A DNA stretch of 64,000 nucleotides, taken from the NCBI GenBank assembly GCA_963817915.1, contig CAWFQL010000016.1, positions 390,094 through 454,093 on the forward strand, given 5' to 3'. The stretch is from an uncultured candidate division Zixibacteria bacterium (GTDB lineage: Bacteria; Zixibacteria; MSB-5A5; UBA10806). The position numbers and the translations under genes are program-made. Of this stretch, positions 39,967-50,751 are shown in pieces. How positions within the stretch are numbered: position 1 is the stretch's first letter; each line of letters opens with the position of its first letter. Under the pieces are notes generated by a model that saw only the letters and a program-made list of their open reading frames with translations, did not search any database and was not told the origin of the DNA.

Positions 39967-41409
39967 TCAATTTTGGCGAAAGTCGAATTTATTGGATTGA
40001 GGGTTCCAACTGACAAAAAGATTCTTGTTCCTAAAACCCAAATTTTCCGGTTCAATATTTGTATTTTTAACGATCACTGGAATATCAATACCCAATTTGA
40101 TGTCGAGAATTGCCCTCAGATGAGGCGCCGATTCAATAATAAGCGGATCAGATGAAATTGAATCGGCCAGAACGAAGAGAGTGTCAGCCTTTACAAGTTC
40201 CGGCTGCATTTCCATGAAACTGGTTATAACGTTTTCGGAAAGTTTTTGATTATCCGTGTTATTTACTGTAGTTTTCTTTACTATCACGAAATTTATCAAT
40301 ACAAAACGCGGAATGATAATAGCCCAAACATAATTCCAATTGGAAAAAGCGTCTCGATCTGCCATGTATAGTATTCAATTCCACATGCAAGGATCAACGA
40401 CAAAACCCGGAGAGGCAGAATACATAAATCTTGCGGCGGTGCCTCCCGGATATAACGAAAATAGACTTAGGTCCCATCTCAATATCGCGACAGTTGAGAT
40501 AAACATAAGAGCCCATAGGATAAAATATCTTACGAAAATTCTGCCTTTTGCCAATCCATATATTAGAAGGAGCGGCATTAATACTATTATAATTATTTTG
40601 CATATTTTAAGAATCTGAACAAGGCCGGCTGGCACAATATCAAGTAGCCTTCTAGAAAACGGGACAAATAAATATGACATCAAATACCAAATATTTATGA
40701 AAATCCCAGTGATTGAATCTATCTGCTTATCGGCATACGTCCTGGTGGTAAAGTAGAATACCAGATATGCAAGAAATACTGTCATGAAAACAAGCGAATA
40801 TGCTCTAAATTTCCTTGAGAAGGGATTGCCGCCCTTAAGAATGATAATGGTGCAATATAGCCCAATTGAAACAAAACCGTTTTCCTTAATTAAAATCGCC
40901 GCGAGCGCGAAAATTAGTATAGAAACAAAATCGGCGCGAGAAGGTCGTTCGGCGAATTTAATAGTCTTCAATGTTATAAGCAGGCAAAGGAAAACGATCC
41001 ACAAATCATGCCCCATAGATATCCATTTTATTGCGGCGGAATTCAAAAAATAAAAAGCGAACATTATAGAAGCAGAGTACTTTACAAAAATCGATGCGCC
41101 AAACCTATCAAGTGCCCTATAAAACATCCAGATATTTGCCATATGAAGAAGAATGTTTATTGCGCTAAATAGCATTGCTTTGGTTCCAAAAAGGATGGAC
41201 AATATTACCATTAGAATCATATTCAGCGGCCGGAAATACCCATACATCGGCCGCCCAAGAATAAGCGAGGGGTCCGCCAGTGCCTTTTGGGCATTATAGA
41301 GCCATAGCCAGTCATCCCCTATGAATTGCCGCGAAATGAAGGGCAGATAAAAGAGCCCTGCACCCAGAATTATAATGGGCAAATAATATTTCTTGTCTAT
41401 TTGAATCAT
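39967..41409 (-). CDS. Multi-pass membrane protein, GT-C glycosyltransferase-like, split near 40375
   Basis: F.GDDW..L, YFRPL, N.LLH..N, KE and RFMY. ORFs 40375..41409 and 39967..40365 share a frame. Confidence 0.6.
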
Positions 41410-41610
41410 CGCCTAAAGCTTATCGGGTTTGACATTACCATAAAATATTATATTCCCTCTAGCCTGACAAGCAAAAACCCAGAGTCTTGTCTTAAAAACT
41501 CGGCCCGGCCGGTTTGAATTAGCACTATCGGCCAAAATTCCTCGTAAACCTCAATTAGGCGCATATGGCGATTTACAATCATGATTTAATGTGCTATTTT
41601 GTATTCAGCT

Positions 41611-42498
41611 ATGAAGACCGCCTTAATCGTCAATCCTGTCAGTGGACGAGGAAAATCGATAGAATTGCTCCCCAAGATTATCAAATGGGCAGAAGATCAT
41701 AATATCGATATCAAATTGTTTTCAACATCAAAAGCGGGGGACGGCGTGCGGCTCGCCAAGTTAAGCCGTGTAAACGGTTTCCAGCGGATAGTCGTTCTGG
41801 GGGGCGATGGTTCTGTCAACGAGGTTGCCCGGGCATTATATGGGTCTGATTCAATCTTGGGAGTCTTGCCCGGTGGATCCGGCAATGATTTTTTCAAGAT
41901 GCTCGGGAATAACGGCCGCCTGGAAAGCGCGCTAAGAACAGCCTTCCTGGGAGAGCCAACCCTGATTGATGTCGGGAATGTAAACGGTCGCCCATTTTTT
42001 AATTCAGTTGGAATAGGGTTCGATGCCGAAGTTGCCCGCGCGGCCGCAGAAAAGAAACATCTGGGCGGTATCTGGGTATATTTGTTGGGGGTGTTTAAGG
42101 TCATGCGCAAATTTGAGCCGTTGTCGCTGGATATTCAGCTCGATCAATTTAAAATCAATCTGGATGCCACCTTAGTAAGCATCGGCAATGGCCAAAGCTC
42201 GGGCGGTGGATTCTTTCTCACTCCCAGGGCGAAATTCGATGATGGCTTATTTGATATTTGTGTGATCGAGAAACTATCCAAGGGTAAAATATTGCGCTAT
42301 CTCCCAACAACATTCAATGGCAGTCATGTCAGGTTGCCATTTGTGAAGATGTACCGCAGCCGCAAAATAGTAATTAAGTCCGAAAAGCAATTCAATATTC
42401 ATATCGACGGCGAAGTGCTGCCGGAGTCATTGAATACGATTGAAATAAAGTTCGAATCTAAAAAACTAAATCTCTCGGTCGCCGGAAAACCAGAATGA
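41611..42498 (+). CDS. Diacylglycerol/lipid kinase, YegS/BmrU family
   Basis: NPVSG, GGDGSVNEV, PGGSGNDF, GIGFDA and DGE. Confidence 0.92.
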   Translation: MKTALIVNPVSGRGKSIELLPKIIKWAEDHNIDIKLFSTSKAGDGVRLAKLSRVNGFQRIVVLGGDGSVNEVARALYGSDSILGVLPGGSGNDFFKMLGNNGRLESALRTAFLGEPTLIDVGNVNGRPFFNSVGIGFDAEVARAAAEKKHLGGIWVYLLGVFKVMRKFEPLSLDIQLDQFKINLDATLVSIGNGQSSGGGFFLTPRAKFDDGLFDICVIEKLSKGKILRYLPTTFNGSHVRLPFVKMYRSRKIVIKSEKQFNIHIDGEVLPESLNTIEIKFESKKLNLSVAGKPE

Positions 42499-43001
42499 AA
42501 ATTAAGCATCTGGCAATTTCGATATTTATTTGCTTTGCGCTGGCGGCATCGCACAAGACATCTTATTGCCAGGAAAACGATTCCACGACGGTTAGAAAAG
42601 TCAATCCGACCGGGGCGTTGTTTCGATCGATAGCTATCCCGGGATGGGGCCAATTTTACAATCATAAATATATCAAAGCTGGCGCATTTATGCTTGGTGA
42701 AAGCTATATGATCTATGGAATCGCTACTAACTGGAAATATATGAATCGCCATAAGAAGAATTTCCTGACCACCACCGATCCTGTTTATAAGAATGTAGAA
42801 TTCAACAAATTCACTGATTTCAGGGACAAGCGCAATATTCGAATCTGGTTTTTGGCGATCACCATTTTCTATTCCATGTTTGACGCTTATGTCGACGCGC
42901 AATTATCTGACTTCGATCAGAAAGATAAAGCATTCGAGGCAATGGTCGCGCCTATGAGCAACGACGGAGTGGCCCTAACACTTAATATCAGAATTCCATG
43001 A
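42495..43001 (+). CDS. DUF5683-like membrane protein
   Basis: S.AIPGWGQFYN..Y.K and DAYVDAQL..FD. Confidence 0.8.
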   Translation: MKIKHLAISIFICFALAASHKTSYCQENDSTTVRKVNPTGALFRSIAIPGWGQFYNHKYIKAGAFMLGESYMIYGIATNWKYMNRHKKNFLTTTDPVYKNVEFNKFTDFRDKRNIRIWFLAITIFYSMFDAYVDAQLSDFDQKDKAFEAMVAPMSNDGVALTLNIRIP

Positions 43002-43588
43002 AAATTACTGGCATATCGGGAAGCCCGACCGGCGGCTCATCCACTGATTTATTGATTCAGACAGTATTGGATAGCGCTTCATCGAGTGGCGTGAAATCAC
43101 ATTTTATACGGCTTAACGAGAAACGCATCCTTCCCTGCCAAGCCTGCGGCAAAAGCCCCGAGCCCGATTATTGCTTTTTCCATGACGATATGGATTCCAT
43201 TTATAATCTCATGGAAAAATCTGAGGGAATAATTTTGGGTTCGCCGGTGTTTTTCGATTCTGTTTCCGCCCAGGCAAAGCTATTCATCGATCGCACGAAT
43301 TGCCTGAGGCCCGCGGATTTTTCTGATTTGTCCGGTCATAAATTCAAGACGCCAAGATTTAAGGGCAAAAAAGGCGGCATCGTACTGGTCGCTGGTGAAA
43401 AAGAAAAATTTGATTGCGCACTGAGGACCGCGAGAGGATTTTTTATCTGGGCGGGTATTGAAATCATCTTTGAAATTTGTTGGCGATCTAAAAGCTTGAA
43501 TAAAGGTGAGGTCGCTAGCGATCCGATCGGTCTGGCCGAGGCAAGGGATTGCGGCAAGAAGCTAATAGATTCCATTAAATCGAAATAG
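42998..43588 (+). CDS. Flavodoxin-like iron-sulfur flavoprotein / NADPH-dependent FMN reductase
   Basis: GSP..G.ST, CxxC...C...DDM and GSPVFF.....K.FIDR. Confidence 0.88.
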   Translation: MKITGISGSPTGGSSTDLLIQTVLDSASSSGVKSHFIRLNEKRILPCQACGKSPEPDYCFFHDDMDSIYNLMEKSEGIILGSPVFFDSVSAQAKLFIDRTNCLRPADFSDLSGHKFKTPRFKGKKGGIVLVAGEKEKFDCALRTARGFFIWAGIEIIFEICWRSKSLNKGEVASDPIGLAEARDCGKKLIDSIKSK

Positions 43589-43611
43589 AAATTAATATCG
43601 CAGGACTAAAA

Positions 43612-43641
43612 AAATGGGAGCCGAAGATAGCTCCCATTTCA
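43612..43641. terminator. Bidirectional terminator
   Basis: AAATGGGAGC...GCTCCCATTT between convergent genes. Confidence 0.7.
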
Positions 43642-43662
43642 AAAAATTCTTTTTATACTTCG

Positions 43663-44979
43663 TTATTTTGCCGGTACGCCGTCAATCTGGAATCTTTTTA
43701 GTCTGCGCCATAATGTCGTGCGGGAAATTCCAAGTTGAGAGGCTGTCCGAGAATAGTTGCCGTTGTTTTGCTTGAGCGCCTTTAAGATAAGTGTCCGCTG
43801 ATTATCTTTCAGGGTCATATTGAAAAATCCCTGAGAATCTTCCGACTCCGGCCTATCCTCCGGCAATGTAAATATCAGCGACTCATCGAGTATTTCACCG
43901 TTAGCAAGAGTGCATCCTCTGGCGATTATGTTTTCTAATTCGCGTACATTCCCCGCCCATTCGTAGGTTCTCATCCAGGCCAGGACTTCGGGGGATACGG
44001 CTTTGATATTTTTATTGTTCTGAGAGCTATATTTTGCCAAGAAATATTCCACCAGTGGGAAGATATCAGCAGCCCGTGCTTTGAGCGGCGGAACATAAAT
44101 GGACATTACATTGAGCTGGTAATACAGATCCTCGCGGAATGAGCCATTGGTTATCAGCCGCTTAAGGCTGACTATGGATGAAGCTATTATTCTCACATCC
44201 GATTTCAAAACGTTCGCGCTATCGGCGGGCGAAAACGCTCCCTCTCTAATAAAACGCAAAATTCTGATCTGAAGCCTTGGGCTTAGACCATCGATATCCC
44301 GCAAGAATAAGGTTCCGCCATTTGCTCTTGATATTGCGCCGCCGTCGGAAGGATTATCTGCTGATCCAAAAATCTCTTTTTCCAAGGATGCCTCTAAATC
44401 GGATGAGCATTCGACCGCGACAAATCTGGCTCTGCTGCGGCGTCCCTGCTGATGAATCATGCGAGCCAAAAGCTCTTTTCCTGTTCCCGATTCACCTTCA
44501 ATAAATATCGGGACATCGGAAGCCGAGGCCTTGGTCGCGAGATCGATAATGTCTTTCATTTTCTGAGATTGAGCGATGACCTGATCATATTTCTCATTGT
44601 CGGAAGCCACGCAGGTCTCGCGGCGTTTCAGAGTCTTCTCGATTTTATCAAGGATGGTAGAATAGTCGAATGGCTTTTGAAGAAAATCGGCGGCGCCATC
44701 TCTCATAATATCAACCGCCAACGGAACACTGCCAAATGCCGTCATGATCATAAATCCAGTTGACGGATGAAGCCGCTTGGCTTCCTTCATCAAATCATAG
44801 CCTGACATTTCACCCATTTTATAATCTGAAATGACAACATCAAAATATGTACTGGTAATTTTTGTTAGAGCCTCTTCGCCGGATTCTGCAGTATCAACAT
44901 CGTATCCCTGGCTCTTGAGGTAAAAAGCTAAATTCTTTCGTAAAACTTTTTGGTCGTCTACTATGAGAATATTAGCCAT
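43663..44979 (-). CDS. NtrC-family response regulator (REC-AAA+-Fis HTH), atypical
   Basis: ILIVDD, GESGTGKE, FREDLYY, W.GNVRELEN and LGISRTTLWR. No GAFTGA motif. Confidence 0.9.
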   Translation of the reverse strand: MANILIVDDQKVLRKNLAFYLKSQGYDVDTAESGEEALTKITSTYFDVVISDYKMGEMSGYDLMKEAKRLHPSTGFMIMTAFGSVPLAVDIMRDGAADFLQKPFDYSTILDKIEKTLKRRETCVASDNEKYDQVIAQSQKMKDIIDLATKASASDVPIFIEGESGTGKELLARMIHQQGRRSRARFVAVECSSDLEASLEKEIFGSADNPSDGGAISRANGGTLFLRDIDGLSPRLQIRILRFIREGAFSPADSANVLKSDVRIIASSIVSLKRLITNGSFREDLYYQLNVMSIYVPPLKARAADIFPLVEYFLAKYSSQNNKNIKAVSPEVLAWMRTYEWAGNVRELENIIARGCTLANGEILDESLIFTLPEDRPESEDSQGFFNMTLKDNQRTLILKALKQNNGNYSRTASQLGISRTTLWRRLKRFQIDGVPAK

Positions 44980-45122
44980 TGCCTTTTTCCCCTCCGCGTT
45001 TGAAGAATATGCTCGTGAAGCATTGTCTTAGTTATTTTTCGTCACCTTTTCAGAGAAATTTAATAATTGTTTTGTATTAAATTTTCTTGCAAAAATGACT
45101 CCCAGATATTTAATAGGAATTC

Positions 45123-46250
45123 ATGAAAAAAGTAATGCCGCTGTTCTTTTTTTCAACAGTCCCCCCCGCGTTGAAAGCAAACAATAAGAATCGAATTAAT
45201 CCTGCTTTAGTATTATTAGGAAGAACCTCAAAAAATTTGATTTTGTTCCTCTTGGTATTATCTTCCGTTTCGGCGGCGGCCAGCCTTAAGCCGTCAGATG
45301 AGCAATTTTTGATCATTCAGCAAAATGTCGAATATGTTTTCGAGGATAGCTTCGCTCAGGCCTATAATAAATTGTCGGAACTCAATGATACTATCGAAGG
45401 TCAGCCTATTTATCGTTTGATTTATTCGAGTATTTTGCATGCCCAGATGGTTGATGCCGAGGATGATGGGCAGGAAAAGACGCTTTTGCAGAATCTTGAT
45501 TCGAGCATTGATATCCTAAAAAAATGGGTTGATAATAATCCCGACGATGCCTGGGGTTTGTTTTTTCTGGGCTCGGCCTATGGATATAAATCGGTTTGGT
45601 ATGGTCAGAATGGCAATTGGATTAAATCGCTTTTGGCCGGCCTGAAATCGAAATCAAGATTTTCGGAAGCATTGCAGGCGGATTCGACATTATATGACGC
45701 TTATACGGGCCTTGGAAGCTTTCACTATTGGTCTTCGGTAAAGCTCAGCAAATATATTCCATTTCTTCCCAATAATCGCAACCTCGGTCTGCAGGAATTG
45801 CGGCTGGCAACTGATAGTTCTCATTTTTCGCGTCAGGCGGCCACTGTCGGGCTGGCCTGGGCGTTAGTAAATGAAAATCGATTATCCGATGCCCTTGGGA
45901 TTTCGCGGAAGTTAATGCAATCGACCAATAACGGACGGGCGGCGTTATGGCTGATGGCTGGCATATATTGGAGAATGGGAAATCTTGGAAGGGCGGCGTT
46001 TTATTATGATGAAATTATCAAGTCGCTCGAAAAAACAGATGGCCAGAACTTTTATAACCTTATCTTTTGCCATTATCGAAAAGGTGTTTGCTTTTATGCC
46101 GCGAAAAACTACGACGACTCCAGAACCGAATTTGAAAAGACGCTCGAATACGATCCGCCGGGCAAGTTGAAGAACAGGCTCAAAGATACATTGTCTAAAT
46201 CGAAAGACTATATTAAGAAAATCGATAATCTGAAAGCAAACAAGCAGTAA
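45123..46250 (+). CDS. TPR-repeat secreted protein
   Basis: Helical repeats (GLFFLGSAYG, DAYTGLG, YRKG). Start codon uncertain. Confidence 0.7.
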   Translation: MKKVMPLFFFSTVPPALKANNKNRINPALVLLGRTSKNLILFLLVLSSVSAAASLKPSDEQFLIIQQNVEYVFEDSFAQAYNKLSELNDTIEGQPIYRLIYSSILHAQMVDAEDDGQEKTLLQNLDSSIDILKKWVDNNPDDAWGLFFLGSAYGYKSVWYGQNGNWIKSLLAGLKSKSRFSEALQADSTLYDAYTGLGSFHYWSSVKLSKYIPFLPNNRNLGLQELRLATDSSHFSRQAATVGLAWALVNENRLSDALGISRKLMQSTNNGRAALWLMAGIYWRMGNLGRAAFYYDEIIKSLEKTDGQNFYNLIFCHYRKGVCFYAAKNYDDSRTEFEKTLEYDPPGKLKNRLKDTLSKSKDYIKKIDNLKANKQ

Positions 46251-46275
46251 ATTCCAATTGTTCAATATTATGAAA

Positions 46276-46301
46276 AAGGGCGCCCGAGAAGGACGCCCTA
46301 A
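46276..46301. terminator. Terminator of the prs-rplY transcript
   Basis: AGGGCG...CGCCCT hairpin with an A-tract on the + strand (U-tract on the - strand). Confidence 0.55.
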
Positions 46302-46336
46302 TATATAAATTAGCCCTTAGACCAAGGAACGGTTGG

Positions 46337-47074
46337 TTATTTCTTTTCTCCCTTTTCACCCTTCCCTTTTTCACCCTTTTCCTTCTCGGCTCTTCTTTCC
46401 TCGGTTTTCTTTTCAGAGATAACTTCCGGCTCGGCAGCTCCTTCAGCGCCTTCAACAGGGACAGCGGCAGCGGCGACTTCACCTTCAGCGGTGGCTGGCG
46501 TCTCTTCCTTGATGATTGTAGGAGGAATAACTGTCACGATAGTTTCATCGGGATCATTAAGGATTTCAGCGTTTTCGAGCTTGATGCTTCTAATATGAAT
46601 AGACTCGTGAATTTTCAATGCCGAAACATCGATAACGATTTTGCTGGGGATATTGGTCGGCAAGCAGGACACCCTGACCATTCGAACCAGCCACGACATG
46701 ATGCCGCCGAAATTCTTGACGCCATCAGGTTGGCCTTCGAGAGCCACCGGGACTTCGATATGAATCTTTTCGGTCAGAGAAATATGCTGAAAATCGATAT
46801 GCAGGAGATTTCCCTCGACTGGGTCTCGCTGGACATCCCGAATAAGCGCTTTCTTGCCTGAATCCTTGCCATCTACAAAAAGAGTGATCAGGGGATTTTC
46901 ATTGCCGGCCTTTCGCATGGAATTATGAAAATCCACATAATTCATTTCTATCGCCTGGGCTTCTTCGCCCTTGCCATAGACTACGCCAGGAATTAATCCC
47001 TTGGCCCTTAGTTTTCTCGCTACGCCTTTGCCGGTTTCTTTACGGCTTTTGGCTTCGAGCGTGATTTCTTTCAT
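46337..47074 (-). CDS. rplY: 50S ribosomal protein L25/general stress protein Ctc
   Basis: GKG.ARKLR..G.IPGVVYG, VQRDPV....HIDF and IPSKI.IDVS.L. Confidence 0.95.
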   Translation of the reverse strand: MKEITLEAKSRKETGKGVARKLRAKGLIPGVVYGKGEEAQAIEMNYVDFHNSMRKAGNENPLITLFVDGKDSGKKALIRDVQRDPVEGNLLHIDFQHISLTEKIHIEVPVALEGQPDGVKNFGGIMSWLVRMVRVSCLPTNIPSKIVIDVSALKIHESIHIRSIKLENAEILNDPDETIVTVIPPTIIKEETPATAEGEVAAAAVPVEGAEGAAEPEVISEKKTEERRAEKEKGEKGKGEKGEKK

Positions 47075-47138
47075 TGAATACTCCTATTTTAAATCCAGTT
47101 TATTTTCTAAAATTATTGATTCCGGTTTTCCCATTTGT

Positions 47139-48074
47139 CTATGTAAACAGACTTGAAAGTGATTTTTCCTCATGAATTCGCAGTATCGCCTCGCTGAACA
47201 CCTCTGAAACCGAAAGTATCTCGAGTTTGGGTATTTTTTTCGAGGCGGGGACATCAATCGTATCGGTAACAATTATTTTTTCTATAGGGCTCTCAGTCAG
47301 CCGTTTGATTGCCTCTCCCGATAAGACGGCGTGGGTAGCCGCAGCGATAATTCTCTTGGCCCCTTTTTCTTTCAGGGTATATGCTGCATTAGAGATTGTG
47401 CCAGCGGTATCGATCAAGTCATCACGGATAATAATATTTTTATCAGCGACCTCGCCGACAATATTCATCACTTCGGCTTTATTGATATCGGGACGTCGTT
47501 TATCGATAATAGCAAGGCCGAAATCCAGTTCTTTGGCCATGGCTCGAACCATCTTTATGCCGCCGACATCGGGTGAAATAGCGACACCATCCTTCAAACC
47601 TATTTTCTTTAAATATTCGTTCATCACATGAGAGGAATAAAGGTGGTCCGATGGGCAATCGAAAAAGCCCTGAATCTGAGAAGCGTGAAGATCCATCAGG
47701 ACAACCCTGTCCACGCCAGCGGTCGTGACCAGGTTTGCAACAAGCTTTGCGACGATGGAGACGCGCGGCTGGTCTTTTCTATCCTGCCGGGCATAACCAT
47801 AGTAAGGAATTACGGCCGTAATACGGCGCGCCGAGGCCCGTCGGCAGGCATCGATCATGATAAAAAGCTCCATAAGATTCGCCGCAGGGGGATTAGTGGA
47901 TTGAACTATAAAAACATCGCATCCCCGAATATTTTCATCTATTTGAAAAAATATTTCATCGTCGGAGAATCTGCGCAGTGTGCATTTGGAGACAGGTTTC
48001 CCCAGCCGATCGGCGATTTTTTGAGCCAATGGTTTATTTGAGCTTCCAGAAAATATTTTAAACTCGTTTACCAT
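47139..48074 (-). CDS. prs: Ribose-phosphate pyrophosphokinase
   Basis: FSDDEI, PYYGYARQDRK, DLHASQIQGFFD, SPDVGG and DDLIDTAGT. Confidence 0.97.
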   Translation of the reverse strand: MVNEFKIFSGSSNKPLAQKIADRLGKPVSKCTLRRFSDDEIFFQIDENIRGCDVFIVQSTNPPAANLMELFIMIDACRRASARRITAVIPYYGYARQDRKDQPRVSIVAKLVANLVTTAGVDRVVLMDLHASQIQGFFDCPSDHLYSSHVMNEYLKKIGLKDGVAISPDVGGIKMVRAMAKELDFGLAIIDKRRPDINKAEVMNIVGEVADKNIIIRDDLIDTAGTISNAAYTLKEKGAKRIIAAATHAVLSGEAIKRLTESPIEKIIVTDTIDVPASKKIPKLEILSVSEVFSEAILRIHEEKSLSSLFT

Positions 48075-48140
48075 TACTTGTCTCCATTCCCCAAATAATG
48101 CCTCCAAATGGACAGGATATTGATACCAATGCTTTTATAT

Positions 48141-48212
48141 CTGGGGCGCCAGGATTCGAACCTGGGATTGCCAGCTCCAAAGGCTGGTGACTTACCGCTT
48201 GTCGACGCCCCA
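48141..48212 (-). tRNA. tRNA-Gln(UUG), CCA not encoded
   Basis: TGGGGCG-TC-GACAAGCGGTAAGTC-A-CCAGC-CTTTGGA-GCTGG-CAATC-CCAGGTTCGAATCCTGG-CGCCCCAG. Typical position upstream of prs. Confidence 0.95.
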
Positions 48213-48525
48213 TCAAAATAGCATCAAGCTAATTAAAATATATAATTTTCCCGCGTTGTCAAGACTCGAATATCCCTAAATTACGGCTATCTATGGATAT
48301 TGGAAAGCGGGGATTTTGGCTGTATATACCGAAAATCCCGATTTCCTTAAGCCCTAATCCGACCTTTTTGGCCAAAAGACTTGAAAATATCCGATAAATA
48401 TCATATTTTGGGCGAGCACAGGTTCGCATTTTGAAGGCGGATCGGGAGATTATCTGGAGGAAATTAACCCCGGCAAGGTGCTTCTCATCGGGGTTTATAT
48501 TTTATATGCTGGAAATATATTTCTA

Positions 48526-49473
48526 ATGGATTTAAATCGTCAAAAAAGACTTGTCGCAGGGCTGTCGGTAGGCTCCAACACCCTCCTCGTGATCGGCAAA
48601 TTCATCGTTGGAATAATGATCAATTCGGTGAGTATTATCAGCGAGGCGGTCCATTCGGGAATAGACTTGATAGCGTCGGTAGTGGCATTTTTGGCAGTCA
48701 AAGAGGCATCCAAGCCACCCGACAAAGAGCATCCGTTCGGCCACGGCAAGGTCGAGGCTATTTCGGGCGCGTTTGAGGGAATGCTGATCTTCCTGGCAGT
48801 CATTATTATTATTTATGAATCTATTGCCAAAATAAAATCGGGCGGCGAAGTAATTAAGCTGGATATTGGCATGGCCATAATGGGAATTTCGGCGTTCATG
48901 AATACAATAGTCTCATGGCAACTTTTCAGAACTGCGAAAAAGACCGAGTCGCTGGCCCTGGAAGCGGACGCGCTTCACTTATCCACAGATGTATTTACAT
49001 CGCTGGCAGTATTTGTAGGGTTATTGCTAATCAAAATTACAGGGATCCACCTGCTTGACCCAATTACGGCCCTGGTAGTGGCATTAGTGATTTGTAAGGC
49101 CGCCTATGGAATTGTTCGCAAATCATTTAAGGACCTGATGGATGAAAACATTTCGCCCGACGAGCTCGGAGAGGTCAAGAATACGCTCGAAAGCCATTAC
49201 AAGCATTTCGTGGAATTCCACGATCTTCGGTCACGTAAATCGGGGGATATACGGGAAATCGATCTGCACCTGGTGCAATGTCGAAAAAAGACGCTCGATG
49301 ACGCGCATGCAGTTTGCGATCATCTGGAGGACGAGCTTCAAAAGAAGATCAACAAGACACACATTACTATTCATGTGGAACCATGTGACTTAGATTGCGA
49401 AAAAAATCATCATTCATGCCAGATCGGAAAAGAACCATTGGCATCGCATATACAAGAATCCAATGAGAGATAA
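48526..49473 (+). CDS. Cation diffusion facilitator (FieF-like)
   Basis: SEAVHS..D, PPDKEHPFGHGKVE, ADALHLSTD, IDLH and IHVEP. Confidence 0.93.
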   Translation: MDLNRQKRLVAGLSVGSNTLLVIGKFIVGIMINSVSIISEAVHSGIDLIASVVAFLAVKEASKPPDKEHPFGHGKVEAISGAFEGMLIFLAVIIIIYESIAKIKSGGEVIKLDIGMAIMGISAFMNTIVSWQLFRTAKKTESLALEADALHLSTDVFTSLAVFVGLLLIKITGIHLLDPITALVVALVICKAAYGIVRKSFKDLMDENISPDELGEVKNTLESHYKHFVEFHDLRSRKSGDIREIDLHLVQCRKKTLDDAHAVCDHLEDELQKKINKTHITIHVEPCDLDCEKNHHSCQIGKEPLASHIQESNER

Positions 49474-49598
49474 TTTAAATTCCACATTAAGCAGACATTA
49501 AATTTTTATCGAGTTCGGATCATTATTTTATAGCAAATATCGAAATCGTAATCACGGAATAAGGAAAATGTGCCAATTTTGCATCAAGTGGAGGGCTA

Positions 49599-50135
49599 AT
49601 GGCTGATGAGAAAAAAGAAACCTGGTTGAATTATCTGGCATTATCATCGGTATTGTTGGCTGTATGCGCAACTCTTGCGACATTCAGGGGCGGCAGCTAT
49701 TCTACAAGAACCGTCCTCAGCCAAACCCAAGCATCAGATCAATGGGCATTCTACCAGGCTAAAAGCGTCAAGGGGAATCTCTACGAGATACAGAAGGAGC
49801 AATTGGAACTTGATATTGCCGCACAAGGGGTGGATATTCCCGAAAAGCTAAAAAATGATTACGCAAAAAGATTAGAGGAATATAATCAGCGAATTGAAAA
49901 GTATAATAGCGAAAAGGCGCAGATTCAGGAGGATGCCAGGAAATTTGAAGAGATTAGAGATCATTCATTGCAGCACAGTCAAGCGTTCGGAATGGCTGTG
50001 ATCTTTCTTCAGATCGCGATATTGCTCTCATCGATCTCGGCCTTGATGAAGAAAAAGCCTGTTTGGGTTTTGGGATTGATCACGGGTGCATTTGGGGTCG
50101 CTTATTTTATCAATGGATTCTTACTGTTTTTATAA
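49599..50135 (+). CDS. DUF4337 family membrane protein
   Basis: ASDQWAFYQAKS.K and LQIAILLSSI. Confidence 0.85.
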   Translation: MADEKKETWLNYLALSSVLLAVCATLATFRGGSYSTRTVLSQTQASDQWAFYQAKSVKGNLYEIQKEQLELDIAAQGVDIPEKLKNDYAKRLEEYNQRIEKYNSEKAQIQEDARKFEEIRDHSLQHSQAFGMAVIFLQIAILLSSISALMKKKPVWVLGLITGAFGVAYFINGFLLFL

Positions 50136-50200
50136 ATATTTATTCATATGATGAATTAAGGATTAGTATTTGAATTCAAAACGATTATCTTAGGCGCGCC

Positions 50201-50692
50201 ATGAACAGAAATTCGCTTGATCCTCAAATAGATTTATTAGTCAAGATAGTTGACCAGGCCTACGACACGAAGGCATGGCATGGAACCAACCTGAGAGGTT
50301 CAATCCGCGGCCTGAATGCCAGGCAAGCCGCCTGGCGCCCGGGACCGAAACGCCATAATATATGGGAAATTACTTTGCATGCGGCATACTGGAAGTATGC
50401 GATCTGGAGAAAATTGACCGGCGGCAAAAAGGGCACATTTCCATTAAAGGGCAGCAATTGGTTCAAATTGCCAGCCCCGACAGACGATAAAAACTGGAAA
50501 AAAGCCGTAGAATTACTTAAAACCTATCATGTCCTTTTAAGAAAAGCTGTCTCTGATTTTGTTCCGGACAAGCTGATAGTCATACCGACCGGCAGCAAAT
50601 TACGTTATGAACAATATATTTATGGGGTTGCATCGCATGATCTTTACCATGCAGGACAGATTCAACTCCTGAAACGACTAATGAAAAAATAA
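50201..50692 (+). CDS. DinB family protein
   Basis: WHG, HNIWEITLH.AYW and HDLYHAGQIQLLK. Confidence 0.85.
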   Translation: MNRNSLDPQIDLLVKIVDQAYDTKAWHGTNLRGSIRGLNARQAAWRPGPKRHNIWEITLHAAYWKYAIWRKLTGGKKGTFPLKGSNWFKLPAPTDDKNWKKAVELLKTYHVLLRKAVSDFVPDKLIVIPTGSKLRYEQYIYGVASHDLYHAGQIQLLKRLMKK

Positions 50693-50751
50693 TAAAGCCA
50701 GCTTCTTGGTTGCCGTTAATAGAAACAAGAATGCAAGCGAAGGCGGATTGA

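Noticed and set aside
3543..40377. Alternative genetic code (TGA = Trp/Gly) or selenocysteine
   Set aside because: TGA is used as a normal stop (parA, parB, mnmG, cobB) and Trp is TGG throughout. The two in-frame TGAs fit errors or mutation.
48380..48525. NiCo or yybP-ykoY riboswitch upstream of the CDF transporter
   Set aside because: I could not find the conserved motifs of either family by eye.
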